Shown here one piece after another: positions 16,600 to 30,770 of a DNA stretch of 64,000 nt. The stretch lies in the NCBI RefSeq assembly GCF_009914755.1, contig NC_060939.1; one strand, given 5' to 3'. A program made the position numbers and the translations under genes. The DNA is from the human T2T-CHM13v2.0 reference genome, Homo sapiens. The notes beneath the pieces were generated by a model that ran no database searches, had not been told where the DNA came from, and worked only from the letters and a program-made list of their open reading frames with translations. Numbering within the stretch: the stretch's first letter is position 1; each line of letters begins with the position of its first letter.

Positions 16600-17125
16600 T
16601 CCTGTGACACACAACCCCGTATTGTCAGTGGCTTAGCGTAGTCAAAATTTATTTTTTCTCATATGACTCTCCAAGGCCAGTGGGAGGGCTTGATAGAGTG
16701 TGGTTATTGGCTTCACCATCCCCTAAGGGCAGAGCCTCACAGACAATAAGGTATTTACAAGTCTCCTGGGGATCATGTTAACATGAGGGCTCTGATTCAG
16801 TAATTTCGGAGTGGGACTTGGGGCTAAGCATCTGTATTTCTAGAATGGTAGCACTATTGCTGATGAACTAGATGGTACCAGTGCTGCACTTCTGGGGATC
16901 ACACTTGAAATAAGGAGATCTTTGGGCTTTGGAATCCCTTGTTGGATATCTGTATCCAGTGGAAGGAAGGTAAGGATGGTGGGGCCCACTCCTGGGGGCC
17001 ACCCACTTCCGATTGGCCAGAATTTAGTCCCCTATACCTGCAAGTGAAGGGTGGGAAATAAAGCCTTTGTATGTTCAGAAGGAGAAGAAAATGGAGTCTG
17101 GTGAATACTCAGCAATACCTGCCTC
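16600..17125 (-). mobile_element. Degenerate MLT1 (MaLR) LTR, probably with a MER5-like insert at ~16745-16910
   Basis: acaacccc...tcagtggctta...tttattt and attggccagaatttagtc...gggaaat motifs of reverse MLT1. Confidence 0.45.
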
Positions 17126-17249
17126 TCCAGCCAGGTATTCCAGTGGTCACCAAGATACCCCCTGTCAGTCAGAAAGTACAGTTGCAATGTCTGCATGCCC
17201 CCCATGGTGGATTAGACTTATCTGCACTCCCTTTTCTTTTCAAAGAACC

Positions 17250-17716
17250 TGTGAACCCAGAAAATCTGAGACAGGTCTTAGTTAATTTGGAAAGTTTATT
17301 TTGCCAAGGTTGAGGACGTGCCCGTGACAGAGCCTCAGGAAGTCCTGACGACATGTGCTGAAGGTGGTCCGGGCACAGCTTGGTTTTAGACATTTAGGGA
17401 GACGTGAGACGTGGGACATCAATCAGTATATGTAAGAAGTACAATGGTTCAGTCTGGAAAGGTGGGACAACTTGAAGCAAAGGCAGGAAGACCGGAAGCT
17501 GAGAGGGAGCTTCCAGGTCACAGATAGGTGATACACAAATGGTTACATTCTTCTGAGTTTGTGATTAGCATCTCCAAAGGAGGCAATCAGATATGCATCT
17601 ATCTCAGTGAGCAGAGGAGTGACTTTGACTAGAATGGGAGGCAGGTTTGCCCTAAGCAGTTCCCAGCTTGAGTTTTCCTCAGTGATTGTGAGGGCTAAAG
17701 ACATTTTCCTTTCACA
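17250..17716 (-). mobile_element. 3' LTR (MER4A1-like)
   Basis: tgtgaacccagaaaatctgagacagg...ttttcctttcaca, followed on the + strand by the PPT complement tttccccacttttctg (17717-17732). Confidence 0.92.
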
Positions 17717-20700
17717 TTTCCCCACTTTTCTGTTTTTTTAATCTTTTGGAGAAAGCATTTTACAAGAGAAGAGTCTTTGGTCTCAGGTTTCATCTGATCT
17801 CTCATAGCTAGAAGGGTTTATTCCTAGATGGGTAGGTCCCAAAAGCTAATTTTTAGGAGGTTGTGAAGTCCCATATCCTGTGAACAGAAAACAGTGGGGA
17901 GGAAGGGAGAGAAAAAAACAATGAACAAAAGGACAATCCTGGAAAAATCCATATAGGCCACATTACTCTGAAGTCCATACATTAGTAGGCAGGTATGAAA
18001 GTGGCTTATGTACGTAAACAGGTTGCTGTTATTTTCTTCTGAAGTTTATTTAAGTTGTCTGGCTTCGGTACACAGGGTTTTAAGAAAGCACAACTTAGTT
18101 TTCAGTGACTCCAAATTAGGAAAAATGGAAAAAAGAAGGGAAAAAATTTGAAAACATTATTTCGAAGACTTTTAATCAGGAAAAATTAGAATTCAGTCCC
18201 AAACTGTAGAAAATAATAAAAATTGAAAAAGATACTAGGCAGACCAGAATCTAACAACAGGTCTACTTGAAACATAATTTTTCTCTCTGCAGTTTCCCAT
18301 TTTCACTGAAGACAAATCATGGTAGGACTGGTTTGCTTTATTATACTTGGCCTAATTATTTGTATACAGTGCAGCAAGGGTAATTAGTTTTTACATAGGC
18401 TTTTAAATGGGCTTTGATGGAACTTTGTTCCATAGCAGGAATCTCAGATACAACTTCTTAAAGCTGAGCCCAGCCATGAATTTGTACCATCAAATACCTA
18501 TGAGTTGGGTGAATTTCCTCTCCTCTGGAGGGTCCAAGATAAACCTGGGGCTTCTGCACGTGTCAGAAAGTGACATTCTTTACTTACCTCAGAAACCCTA
18601 TACATGGACTGTGTACACAAAATATGAGGCCATTTGTTCCAAGGGCTTTATTGGCTCCATAAGTCAAGTTTGATTCCTTAAAGGAAAGCACACCATTCCA
18701 GTCAAAGCCTTGGTAAAATAACCAGTGTATCCAACTGTGCCCTATTACAAAAGAAAACTGATTCTTATTGTACTTATGCAAATAACTCTATTGCCATGAA
18801 TTGAGACTACTCACAAATAGTTTCCAAATTCTGGAGAAGTTAGGTAGAGAGAAACAAATATGCTCCAAATTTTGTTCACAGGAGTGTTCTTTACTCAATT
18901 GTTAAAAGCCGTAAATAGCTTAAAGGTTTTCTTAACTCTGTAAAACAAAACAAAGTATCAGCAACATTCGAAGCAAAAAGTCAAAAAGATTACTTCAGTT
19001 TTTTGTTGCTTCAGTTAATTCAGTTAACTCCTGTTACGTTTGATAGCCATGAACATTTCAGCTCTGCATGAGAGTTCTGAAAGTTTTTTCCTTTATTCCA
19101 ATGTCACAATTTCCAAAGTTATCAGAAAACCTGCATTTAAGTGCACCTGTTAGAGTCCTACAGCTGATTATAAACCCACCTTTTAGAGAAAGTTTCAAAC
19201 AAGATAAAACAAGACAGCTTTTTGTGGATGAAAAAAAGTTTTAAGGCAGCCATAGTTAAAAGAAACAATTGACAAGGAAATTTGTTACCTCTGTGGCACG
19301 CAATAATTTTAAAATGACAATTATGATTATTACTGATAATGTACACTAAGGTACATCAGAATTACAGGAGTTTTCCATAATTTTGGAATACACACCAATA
19401 ACACATTTATACAAATATATCCCAAAGAAACCAAATACCATTTCATATTTGACAATGCTTCCTGTATAATTTTTATACCAAATAAGCTAAATTATGTCAT
19501 TTTTGGACTTTAGGGAACCTAATGTCTTAAAAGATTAGATTAGAAAAAGACAATTTATAATTTGATTTTGGAAAGTTTGTCAAATATAAAAGGTTTAAAA
19601 CACTTGATACTACAAAATAGGATTACAGGTCATTGTAAAGTCATTTATTTAAGTGATAATTCAAGCATTTCAAAAAGTGAAAACCTTCATTCTTTGAGAG
19701 AGAAGACTTAATTTTCTAAACAAGGAAGCCCTAATAGAAACAGCATGAAGTCAATTACGTTTGCTTTCAAACTTTTATAAACAATTTATAAAATTTAATC
19801 TTGATTATAAAATATAACTTCCGTAAGCCTTTTGTAACCTTTATAATCTTTATTAAGAAGTTGGTTAATGCTTCAAGAAAACCTTGTTAATCTGACACAG
19901 GGGTCCATATACTGGTTTTGCATCAGTTTGCCTTTAACATTAATAATTAGTTTATAGAGGAACTGCACTTATTTTATCTTTCAAAATTGGCCCACCTTAC
20001 AATCTTATAATCTTACACACCCACCTGTTTGGAGACAGTCCCTGGGCCTTGAGGAGTTGAATAGCTTTAATTTCTTGCCCTGTGTCTCAGGAATGCAGTT
20101 TATTTTGATTGACATCTTCTATCGGGCCTGAAGATGAGCCTTCAATTGCTATCAGTGTTTAAGATTTAGCAGGACTTGGTGTCCTTTTTAGACCCAGGAG
20201 TTAGAGCCCTGTAACTCAATGTTACAAGAACTTTAAAAGCACATACAGGAAGATACATGGATGTAATAATGTAATAACCTTAATTTAAAAAAAAATTTAT
20301 CTCAGTTTTTTTCCCTAAGCAAACCAAAACTTCATATGACAACTTGATTGTGTGAATTTTTTTTAAAGTGTAAATCCTCTTATTGTGACTTACACTGACT
20401 GCTCATGACAGGGTTGGACTTTCTGATTTATTCTGAACATCCCTCCTTTTTAAAAAATCAGTGATTTTATTTTAGGACTAAATTTACCATACAAGATTCT
20501 TTCTTATATAAAATTATTTCTCTTTAAGTTTTTCACCTCAAAAAAAAAAGCCTCTTTATTTTTATAACTTTCTTTACGTCTTTTTTATTCCTGGTTCCTT
20601 TTACCTTGTTGTATACATAACCTTTAAGTTTTGAATTAGACAAAACTTGTTCACTTTTTTTTAAGGACACACTTTTTTTTTCTTTAACAATAATGTTTTC

Positions 20701-20952
20701 CTACAATATGTATTTATTGGAAAATACCCAAATAGTGAAATATCTATTATTTGATTTAATATAGCTTTATATTCTAAATTATGACCAGTTTGTCTACAAA
20801 TATTTGTGCCATTACATTTACCTAATTGTTTTGTTTACCTAGATTATTCACGAAAACTGTGACAGTCATTATTTAAAGTTATAAAACTGCCGTTGCAAAA
20901 TTATAACTGAGACACTGAAAAGAGATTTGATCTGACCAACTCAATATTGTTC

Positions 20953-21348
20953 TTTTTTTGCGGGGGGGGGGGATTTCTGACTTCTTTTTATTTATTTATT
21001 TTAAGTGGATGAATAATGCTTGTACATGTTCATGGGGTACATAGTGATGTTGTGATACATATAATATACATGGTAATCAGATCAGGGTAATTAGCATGTC
21101 CACCATCTCAAACATTTATCATTTCTTTGTGTGGGGAATAGTCAATATCCTCCTATTTGAAACCATATAATATATTATTGTTAACTATTAGATTGGTGCA
21201 AAAGTAATTGCAGTTTGCCATTCCTTTCAATGGCAAAAACCATAATCTCTTTGCTATAGAACACTAGAACTTATTCCTCCCATCTAGCTGTAATTTATAT
21301 TATTAAACAAATCTGTCCCTATCCTTCTCTTCCCCCACCCCTCCCTCT
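20953..21348 (-). mobile_element. Inserted fragment: L1MA-type 3'UTR plus short unique flank and T7 tail
   Basis: ggggtacatagtgatg...gatcagggtaattagcat...ctatagaacactagaacttattcctcc is an L1MA 3' end; it interrupts otherwise continuous ERV sequence. Confidence 0.75.
21188..21254. mobile_element. MADE1 (Hsmar1-derived MITE), right TIR truncated
   Basis: TA|ttagattggtgcaaaagtaattgcagtttgccatt...aatggcaaaaac; palindromic mariner MITE following a TA target. Confidence 0.85.
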
Positions 21349-21799
21349 TAACCTGCAAGCTGTCCTTGTTCATTCCTGGGCATAGGCCGAACTAACTTTG
21401 AGAGGAACATAGTTTGTAGTTTAGCTTTGAAATAGACAATAACAGTTCTTTCCCAAAACAAACCTCCTTATTGCCTGTGGACTAGACTGCCTAAATCCAC
21501 CGGATTAGAAGTTACGGTAATCTTACTAAATTCAAGATACAACTATTATCATTAAACCCTTATCAATGTCTTATTTATTACAAATTACAAAAGCAAAGAT
21601 TATTCTGTTTTGGGCTGGGCTTGTAGTTTTGTAACCCCTATGCCAAATTTTGACACCTTACAGTATTTTGGCAGGGATAAGTATGAAATTGCTTGATGAA
21701 TAAATGCAAACAAAAATGTATGCTGGGCAATACTTAAGGCATTTATAATAGTAGTTTACCAGTAATTTTAAAGCTAGCTTATTTATTAAAGATTTCACT

Positions 21800-22121
<322 letters not shown>

Positions 22122-23236
22122 TTAAAAAGCATTTTATTTAGTCTTTAAATAGGAACTTTAAAATAAGGACTAAACAGGAACTTTAAAAAGCATTTATTTA
22201 GTCTTATTTAGTATATAGTTTAAGAGCTTTTATTTTTTAAGCCAATTATTTAGAGCTCTTTTATATATTGTTAGTAGTAAAACATTCTGTACACACAAAA
22301 AAATACATATAAAAACTTATGAGGCGTGCCAATGGAAGTACATTTTATAGATTTATAAAGACTCCTCCCCCACTTTTTTTTTTTCTGTCTTAGACTTTCA
22401 GATTCTTGATAACCTGTTTCACAACCCTAGGCAATTGTCAGCTAAATAGCCTTAAATTTGCACATTAAGGGAAACAACTCAAGTGAAAATCAAATAGCAA
22501 AATTTACATCATAAAGTACAGAGAGAAAAAGTCTGGTGGTGCTAGAGGGAGACACTGTTATTTTTCTTGAGCCAAATTAAACATAAAATTAAACTACACC
22601 TTCCTTAAAAACCCAAGAGTAGCCTCTGCTGCAATAACTATTTTAATTACAAAAAAAAAAAATCAGATGAAAATGGAATTCAGTTAACTGAGAAGAAAAA
22701 AAAATTGCTCAAAAAAAAAAAAAAAAGACAAGGCCTTAGGAGAGAAAAACAAACAAAAAACCAAAAACATGAAGACCTTTCAAATACAAACACGCACACT
22801 TGGATGTTAGCCTTTTAACTAAGCTGACTTTTAACCATTGAGCTCCTTTAAAAAAGTTTTTTTTTAAATCTTATTACCGTATTTCTGCTAGGACAAAATG
22901 CTGCTAAACTAACAACGATCACACAAATTGTACGATTTCTGAGCACTCTAAGTGTAAGCAGAAATTAATACCAGCTGGTTGTTAAATGCTAACTTTAGTC
23001 GTTTAAAAGGAATTTGCAAGACAGAATCCCAAACCAGTTTCTTACCTAGTGATGGGTCTTAGGCTATAGACTGCTGTCTGCCAGCCTAGAAGCAGGACAA
23101 AAAAAAAAAACTCATCTTCCCTGTTGGAAGCAAGCTCAAACTCCATAAAGGAGTTACCTGCCTTCCATCATCATGGAAGCAGGAAAACTTGCCTTCCTGT
23201 TGGAAGCAAGTAAAACTAAAAAAAAAAATAGGAGTT

Positions 23237-23560
<324 letters not shown>

Positions 23561-23714
23561 TCAACCTGAAGTTTTGGGAGATTAGGGATTCTCTGGAGGG
23601 AGTACTCTCAGACCTCAGCAAATTGTCCTATTGGTTTAAGCCATAAGTTAGCTCATGCTGGTACCAAGCACCGATAGGAGATTTGTCAAAGGTCAGGGGC
23701 ACCTCCACTCAGGA

Positions 23715-23732
23715 TCCCCCCTGTGGTTACCA
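23715..23732 (-). other. Retroviral primer-binding site, tRNA-Arg(TCG)-like
   Basis: Minus strand TGGTAACCACAGGGGGGA, 3 nt downstream of the 5' LTR; resembles the complement of a tRNA-Arg(TCG) 3' end ...CCCTCCGTGGTTACCA (recalled, imperfect match). Confidence 0.65.
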
Positions 23733-23735
23733 AAA

Positions 23736-24187
23736 TGTGAACCCAGAAAATCTGAGACAGGTCTTAGTTAATTTAGAAAGTTTATTTTGCCAAGGTTGAG
23801 GACACGCTCGTGACACAGCCTCATTAAATCCTGACGACACGTGCCTAAGGTGGTCTGAGCACAGCTTGGTTTTAGACATTTAGGGAGACATCACTCAATA
23901 TATATAAGAAGTACACTGGTTCAGTCTGGAAAGGCAGGATAACTTGAAGCCAAAACAGGAAGACTGGAAGCGGACAGGGAACTTCCAGGTTACAGATAGG
24001 TGATATACAAATGGTTACATTCTTCTGAGTTTCTGATTAGCCTTTCCAAAGGAGGCAAATCAGATATGCATCTATCTCAGTGAGCAGAGGAGTGACTGAA
24101 TAGAACGGGAGGCAGGTTTGTCCTAAGCAGTTTCCAGCTTGAGTTTTCCTTAGTGATTTTGGGGGCCCAAGGTATTTTCCTTTCACA
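23736..24187 (-). mobile_element. 5' LTR (MER4A1-like)
   Basis: About 90% identical to 17250-17716 by manual comparison. Confidence 0.92.
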
Positions 24188-25883
24188 AACCCATTTGAAC
24201 TATTTTAGAAAAGGAAGTTTATCTCCATTCCCCAGTTTTACCTGAAGGAGTGTCTCCTAAAGCAAAACCTAAACAATGTCAACTCTGATTCTTTAAGTAG
24301 CATCATTTATTTATAGATGATGCACTGCTCTGTTAGGCTGTGTGCTTTTTACAGAGCCTTTTTCTCTTTGCTGTTCCTACTGTATGTGGATTAAGCCCTG
24401 CTTTCCCTCTGGCTGTGACAGCAAGTCTCCCACAGCCATCACTCCAAGGCAAAACAGATGAAATGTGTAATAGGCCGACTGAAAAGTATTTCATTTCCTG
24501 GCCATCTATGGCTCTTTTCTTAGGGTGAGAAATTAGCCTCTGGATTTCAAGTTTCCACAGTTGATGTCTTTCATAGAGTGCTAATGGTAAGAGTCCCCCA
24601 TAAAACTGCATTTGGGATTCTTTTCTGCTTGTCCCGTAAATGTGCTTTGTATTTATCTGGAACAAAACTGTCATTCAGGGAGTCAAGTAGAAAATTGGTT
24701 TGTGAGAATTATGGATACAAATGCCATGAACACCTTGAAGCTATCAAACCCCACTAAGCATTGAGTCTTCAGTGGCCACTTTGAGAGACTGAAATGAGGC
24801 TGCCTGCCTCTCTGTTGGCGCAACCTGCCATATCGTGGCTGTTATTTGTCGACTGCTGTTTGCGCATTCCTCTCTGTGAAGGAGAGCAGGAGGAAGAGAG
24901 CCTGACTGGCCCGGCACAGTTCGCTTTGCCATGATAGGAACAAAGAAAATCTGAATGAAAGAGGATACAGTGCAAGGAGAGGACAGAGGAGAGGTGAGCG
25001 TGCAGGACAAGGCAGACAGAGACTGTTTTGCAGCTGCCTAGGAAGTGGGAATAAGGGGCAAAAGCAGTTTAATGTCTTAGATTCATGGGCCACCTGGGAT
25101 CTTGAAAGTTTGTTCTCCTTCTAGATGGGAGAAGGAGAGCGGGTAAAATATTTAGAATACCAATCTCCAGAAATTAAAGGGTATCTTCATGAGTTTTGAT
25201 GATACCACAGCAAAAGACCGAAGAACAGGAGTCTGCCCTACCATCACCCCACCTACAGGAGATTCCCAAGCTTGCTACGTGCAAGACCTTAGCCAAATGG
25301 GAATCTTACGTGCCTTTTTATTAAGACCTGTAATATTTTATTTAAGGCCTTAAAATTTTGTTAAGACCTCCGCTAATACTCAGTGCCAAGCACCATCAGG
25401 GCTGGGTGAGAGTGTGCTGCTTGAGTTTGAAGTCCATAGAGGGTCTTTTATCCTTCTGCTCTGTGTTTTCAGAGCTCAGACAGTGAGCAGGGCCTGGATT
25501 TTGGGCCCTAGATGCCTCGCCACACCTTAGTCCTGGCCTAGCTAGGATATTGTCTTAGACAGTCTGTCTTCAGAGCACAGCCTCTTACTTACTGTAATAG
25601 AGCAATGGCCACCGATGGTTTGCATCGTTTGGAGGGAAGGGGCATAAGACTACAACAGAGGGGCTAGAAAGAAGTCCAGACTCATTTTCCCAAGAAGCAG
25701 TAGGCTCTGAGGCATCACTCGCTCCTTCTGGGTAAGAGGCAAAGCTTTCTTGGCTCTGAGCTGGCTCTCTACCCGTCACCTAGCCCCCACCCTTTATGGA
25801 CTCCTTCCCTCATGCATTGTGGTGGTCCTGGCTGCTGTGCCCTCCTGGTGGTCCTAAGGTTTGGTGGGTGTGTCCTGCTGCAG

Positions 25884-26017
25884 GTTCTGGATATCCTGTG
25901 CTCCCTCTGTCTCTGCAATGGGGTTGCAGTGAGAGCCAACCAGAATCTGATCTGTGACAACTTGCTGCCCCGGAGAAACCTACTCCTGCAGACACGACTG
26001 ATTAACGATGTAACCAG
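25884..26017 (+). CDS. RYR3: RYR3 coding exon (probably exon 17), 134 nt
   Basis: ctgctgcag|GTTCTG...ACCAG|gtaagg; [44 protein letters not shown](S); phase 0 to 2. Confidence 0.96.
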
Positions 26018-27196
26018 GTAAGGCCACCACCATCATTCCAAATGCCAAGCATAGTTCTGCCTGTCTTGTCCCCAAGCAGGAAAAGAGGGCTGATCTGAAC
26101 TCCAAAGTTGCCCACCCATTGTTTCCATGGTGATACAAGTACATAAGACAAGACCAAGCAAATGTGCATTTCCTATGACTAGGGCCTCCAACACCTTTAG
26201 CAGAATTCCTCAAGCTTTTCTGTTTAAGTAGCTGAGGATAGAGTATGTGTAGCATCTGAGTGCTAAAGAATTTGACCTGAGGTGGCCTACCGTGTTTTCT
26301 TTTAAACAGTAATGCAACTCTTATAACTTCATAATATATTCATATTTATTTTTATATACCAACTTTTTTTCTGTAATCTTTTCATAGAATGGATGTCCCA
26401 AGTGAGACTGTGGCTTCTTGCATCCTCTGGCTCATGGCCATGTATCTGACTGCTGTCTGTGAGGATCAGGGTGAAGAGCAGGGTCCCATGCAGGACCCCT
26501 AGCTTGCTAGTCCATGCATGTGGCTGCACGTGAGTCATGTGAACTCACTGGACTGGGACTAGGCAGGTCTGCGGTTTTGTAGCCACTTTCTACCTAGGCC
26601 TACACACTAATCCACAATGGCAAGAATAGAATCTTCCCTCTGAAGTGCAGAGTGGCCCAAAGACCTGAGCTGTCACACAGACTTACTTTCTTCATGGTGC
26701 CAGCCTGGTTTTTCTTTGCCTACCCAAAATAGGGCATAGCTCCAGCCCAAGAACAGTTTGTCTCTAAAAGTATGATTCCTAACATAAAAACTCTAAGTGG
26801 TGTATCTTAAGCTTTTAACCACTTTGCTGGATACATTAAAACCTCTTTCCCTTAATGAGGTTGCCTAGTAATGACTTCTTAATGGTTTTAAGAGACCAGT
26901 GTTATTAATAATGCTTCGGTAACAAAGCTGCTATACTGAAAATAAGGGTGCTTATACCAATTGACCAAAAAATGGAACTCAAGTAAATTTTTTTTAACTT
27001 AAAAAACAAAGGTTTGTAATCTTACAAATCTGTATAACATTTCAGCATCGTTGCCCATGGTTGGCACTCAGTAAACGTTGGTTGCCTTGAATGGAATATT
27101 AAAAGAAACATCCTTTATGTTTTGTAATGAAAATGTTGTCCTCTTGCATCACACTAAGAACTTGATCAAGTGTTGAGGGTCCTAAGCTTTTTCTAG

Positions 27197-27496
<300 letters not shown>

Positions 27497-27587
27497 TAAA
27501 TGGGCCGTTGCCTCCTATGGTCTGGTTCAACTTGCTTTCTCAGCTTTTAAGGGTGTGTAGATGCCACTTGCCCATGTTTACTTTCAG

Positions 27588-27829
27588 TATCCGGCCAAAC
27601 ATCTTCCTGGGAGTCGCGGAGGGCTCAGCCCAGTACAAGAAGTGGTACTTCGAGCTGATTATCGACCAGGTGGACCCCTTCCTAACAGCAGAGCCCACAC
27701 ATCTGCGGGTGGGCTGGGCCTCTTCTTCAGGCTATGCCCCATACCCAGGAGGTGGAGAAGGATGGGGAGGCAATGGTGTTGGTGACGACCTGTACTCCTA
27801 TGGCTTTGATGGACTTCACCTTTGGTCAG
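27588..27829 (+). CDS. RYR3: RYR3 coding exon (probably exon 18), 242 nt, SPRY1
   Basis: ctttcag|TATCCGG...TCAG|gtgagt; IRPNIFLG...[28 protein letters not shown]...[16 protein letters not shown](G); phase 2 to 1. Confidence 0.97.
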
Positions 27830-30569
27830 GTGAGTACCTTGCTAAAGCTTTGGCTCATAATCTCACTGGAAATGATTGAGGCTCAAATTATTCAAGCTGA
27901 AATGACCACTTCCATTTGAAATGATACAGACTCAAGAGTCTCAACTAATTAAACGGTTAGGTGGAAAAGAGTATCAGATTAAAATAAGACTCATTTATAC
28001 CATTACTCAGACAGTTCCTAGCTACATGGTCTAGTGCAGATCACTTCTCTCAAGCTCATTGTATCTGTATGAGCCTTATTGTACGGAATCGTTAGGATTA
28101 TATGAACAGAGACTCAGCATTTATTCACTGAGCAGTGAGTTACATACTTTCTCATTTTTCTCTTATTTTATCCTCACAGGGAGCCCTTAAGGTAGAAAAT
28201 ATTGACCTCATGTGACAAACGTGTAAACAGAAGCATAAAGATGGTTCAGTAATTTATTCAAAGTCACACTAGGAAGGATCCAGACCTGACTACAAGTCCA
28301 TAATCTTGTCAACACAGCCTGTTGCTTCATAATACAATTTATAAAATGTCTGGATCCATGCCTAACACACAATAGGTGCTAACCTTTTTAAACGAATTCA
28401 GGGCTTCCTTTTTTTAGATAAATAATTGATGCTTTTCCCAAGCATGTCCATGGCCCGTGCCTGTGGAGGAATGTCTTGACTTCTGCCTGGGTGAAAAACG
28501 CGAGATTAACTCTCAGGCTTTCATCAAGAAGAAGAGCCCTACCTCTCCTGTCTGTTGTCCAAAGCGTGTATTTTCTGTATCTTTTGCAAAACTGCAATTG
28601 GAGACGTCGCGTCCCTTATAGAAATCCCTTACGTAAGCATTGTGCCGTGTGCCCGTTACATAAGTAACCATGACACACATTCTTCCTCAAATCCAGTACA
28701 AAGGAAAAGTTTACCTCTACAGGACAAACCTGTATATTTTCTTCTGTAACTGGTAGCTACATAACTTATCGCATTTTCTTCCTTCCCTTAGCTTTCTAGT
28801 TACAACCTAATTGCCTCATGCCAATGATGAAGTCAGCTCAGGTCCCAATGACATGCTTCTTTTAATTGGTCTTCATTTTCAGTTGGTCCATATGGATTTT
28901 TTTGTTGTTGTTATTTTAGGAGCCATGTTGCATTCAGCTTCAACACTTTAAAACTTTTAGGAATGCTGTAAACATTTATTTGTATACTTATTTATCCTGG
29001 ATCACTGCCATGGGGGAAGAATGAAAAAAAGCCTTCGTTCATGTTCTGTGTGTCCCAGAGGACAATGTGGTCCTGACATAAGTGGATTCAAAATGGCAGG
29101 ATGATGGGGTCATGTGAAGGGAAAGTCTTATCTTGTGCTCTCATCCTCCCAACTTAACCTTCCCTAATTCTTCATGGAACGTGGAGCTTCCCTTTGTTCT
29201 CATAGTGTTATCATGGAGCCACTGAGTCTGTGGCTATGAAGTAGTGACCTTAAGCTTAGGTTATCATCAGATATCATAAGGTTCACAGGAAACTGTCTCT
29301 GAAGAAATGATCTGAGAAGAAAGAATCCTTATGCTCATGCACCTTTGCGGCTCCTGAGTGTGGTAGGATTAAGTCTGTGAAGGAATTAACAAGACTGACT
29401 TGTAAAAATTGTTTCACACTCCTGCTGACTGCTGCCTATCTCCCACCAACTCGCCACCATAGCCCAAGAATGTTCTCTGGAGCCCAGCTACACCTGAGAG
29501 GGCTCTGCATGAAGATTGGCTAAGGAAGTATGAAGCATACCTAGACCCTGGGGTGAAGCAAATTGGACCCTTGTTTCGAAGAGAAACTAATCATTCTCAA
29601 AGGAAAAAAATTTAGTCTTTTTCTGACTTTACAGCACTGCATGGGGCACTTAGTGTATTCCTGTATCCCTTTGTAGAAATTTGAGGAATGAATACATCAG
29701 TGAGTCAGGAGGCATGGAACCCATTCATGGTGCATCCATAGAGGGCTACTCTGTGCATTTCAGGACCTGAACATCCTGTCTAATTGTGTATCATTCCAGG
29801 AGTGTACAGTTCCCCATCCTCTCCCTCATCCCTCCTGTCTCCTCTGAAGGCAAGGAAGCTGGGTGCTCCAGGCTCATGCCGAACATCACTAGCAGTGGCT
29901 CCTGTAATTGGAGAAGTGGGAAGAAGGCTGGTGACTCAGCTTTTCAAAAACTGATTGTGGCTCTCTGAAATGGCCTGCACTTGATGGTATATTGGCATGT
30001 AGGTGCACTCCAGGGATTTCATCCCTCAGTCTCCAGCATCTGATGAGACATGGAGAAACCAGTGTCTCCAAGTTTTATACGTTTCATTCTCACCAAAACC
30101 CAAAGCTTTCCTGGGTCTGGGCATCATTCTGACTTCTCCAACGAGCACACAGGGAACATATATCTTGCAGAAGGGATTGGAATACGTCAGGAATATTTCT
30201 TCAGCTGAAGAAATAAAGTTTCTGTTGATGTCCCCCACCAGGACAGGCATGAATTTCAGACTATCTTATGAAAAGGTAATTGATGAAGAAATGAAACAGA
30301 AATAACACTCCAACTTACTACAGGAGAGAATGGTGGATAGATAGGGGGATATATTAGAAAGTGGTCGTGATAAATTATTCTCCTTTTATTTGAGATTTAA
30401 ATGCCCAGGTCATTACCTTTAAAGTTATTTGTGTGCATAAATTAAGCCACTGCCTTGAACATACTGAAGTATGTCTTTAACATACTTATTAAAGTACAAT
30501 AGATTTTGCAGTAGTTGGAAAGAATTACAGTGCCTCTAACACTTTGTCCATGGAAAGTCAAGAACAAAC

Positions 30570-30770
30570 AGCGTAGCTTTGGAGTTACGCCTGGGTTTGA
30601 GTCCTAGCTCTGCCACTTAATGTTTCTTTTTTTTATATTGGACAAATTAACCTCTCAGAGACTCAGTTTTCCTCTGATAAAATGAGGATACTATAAGATT
30701 CTTATGAAATTTAAATAAGAAATATGAAGTCCCTGACACACATTAGATAGACAGTAAATATGAGCTACCT
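30570..30770 (+). mobile_element. MIR SINE relic
   Basis: cctgggtttgagtcctagctctgccactta...aacctctcagagactcagttttcctctgataaaatgaggata matches the MIR core. Confidence 0.75.
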
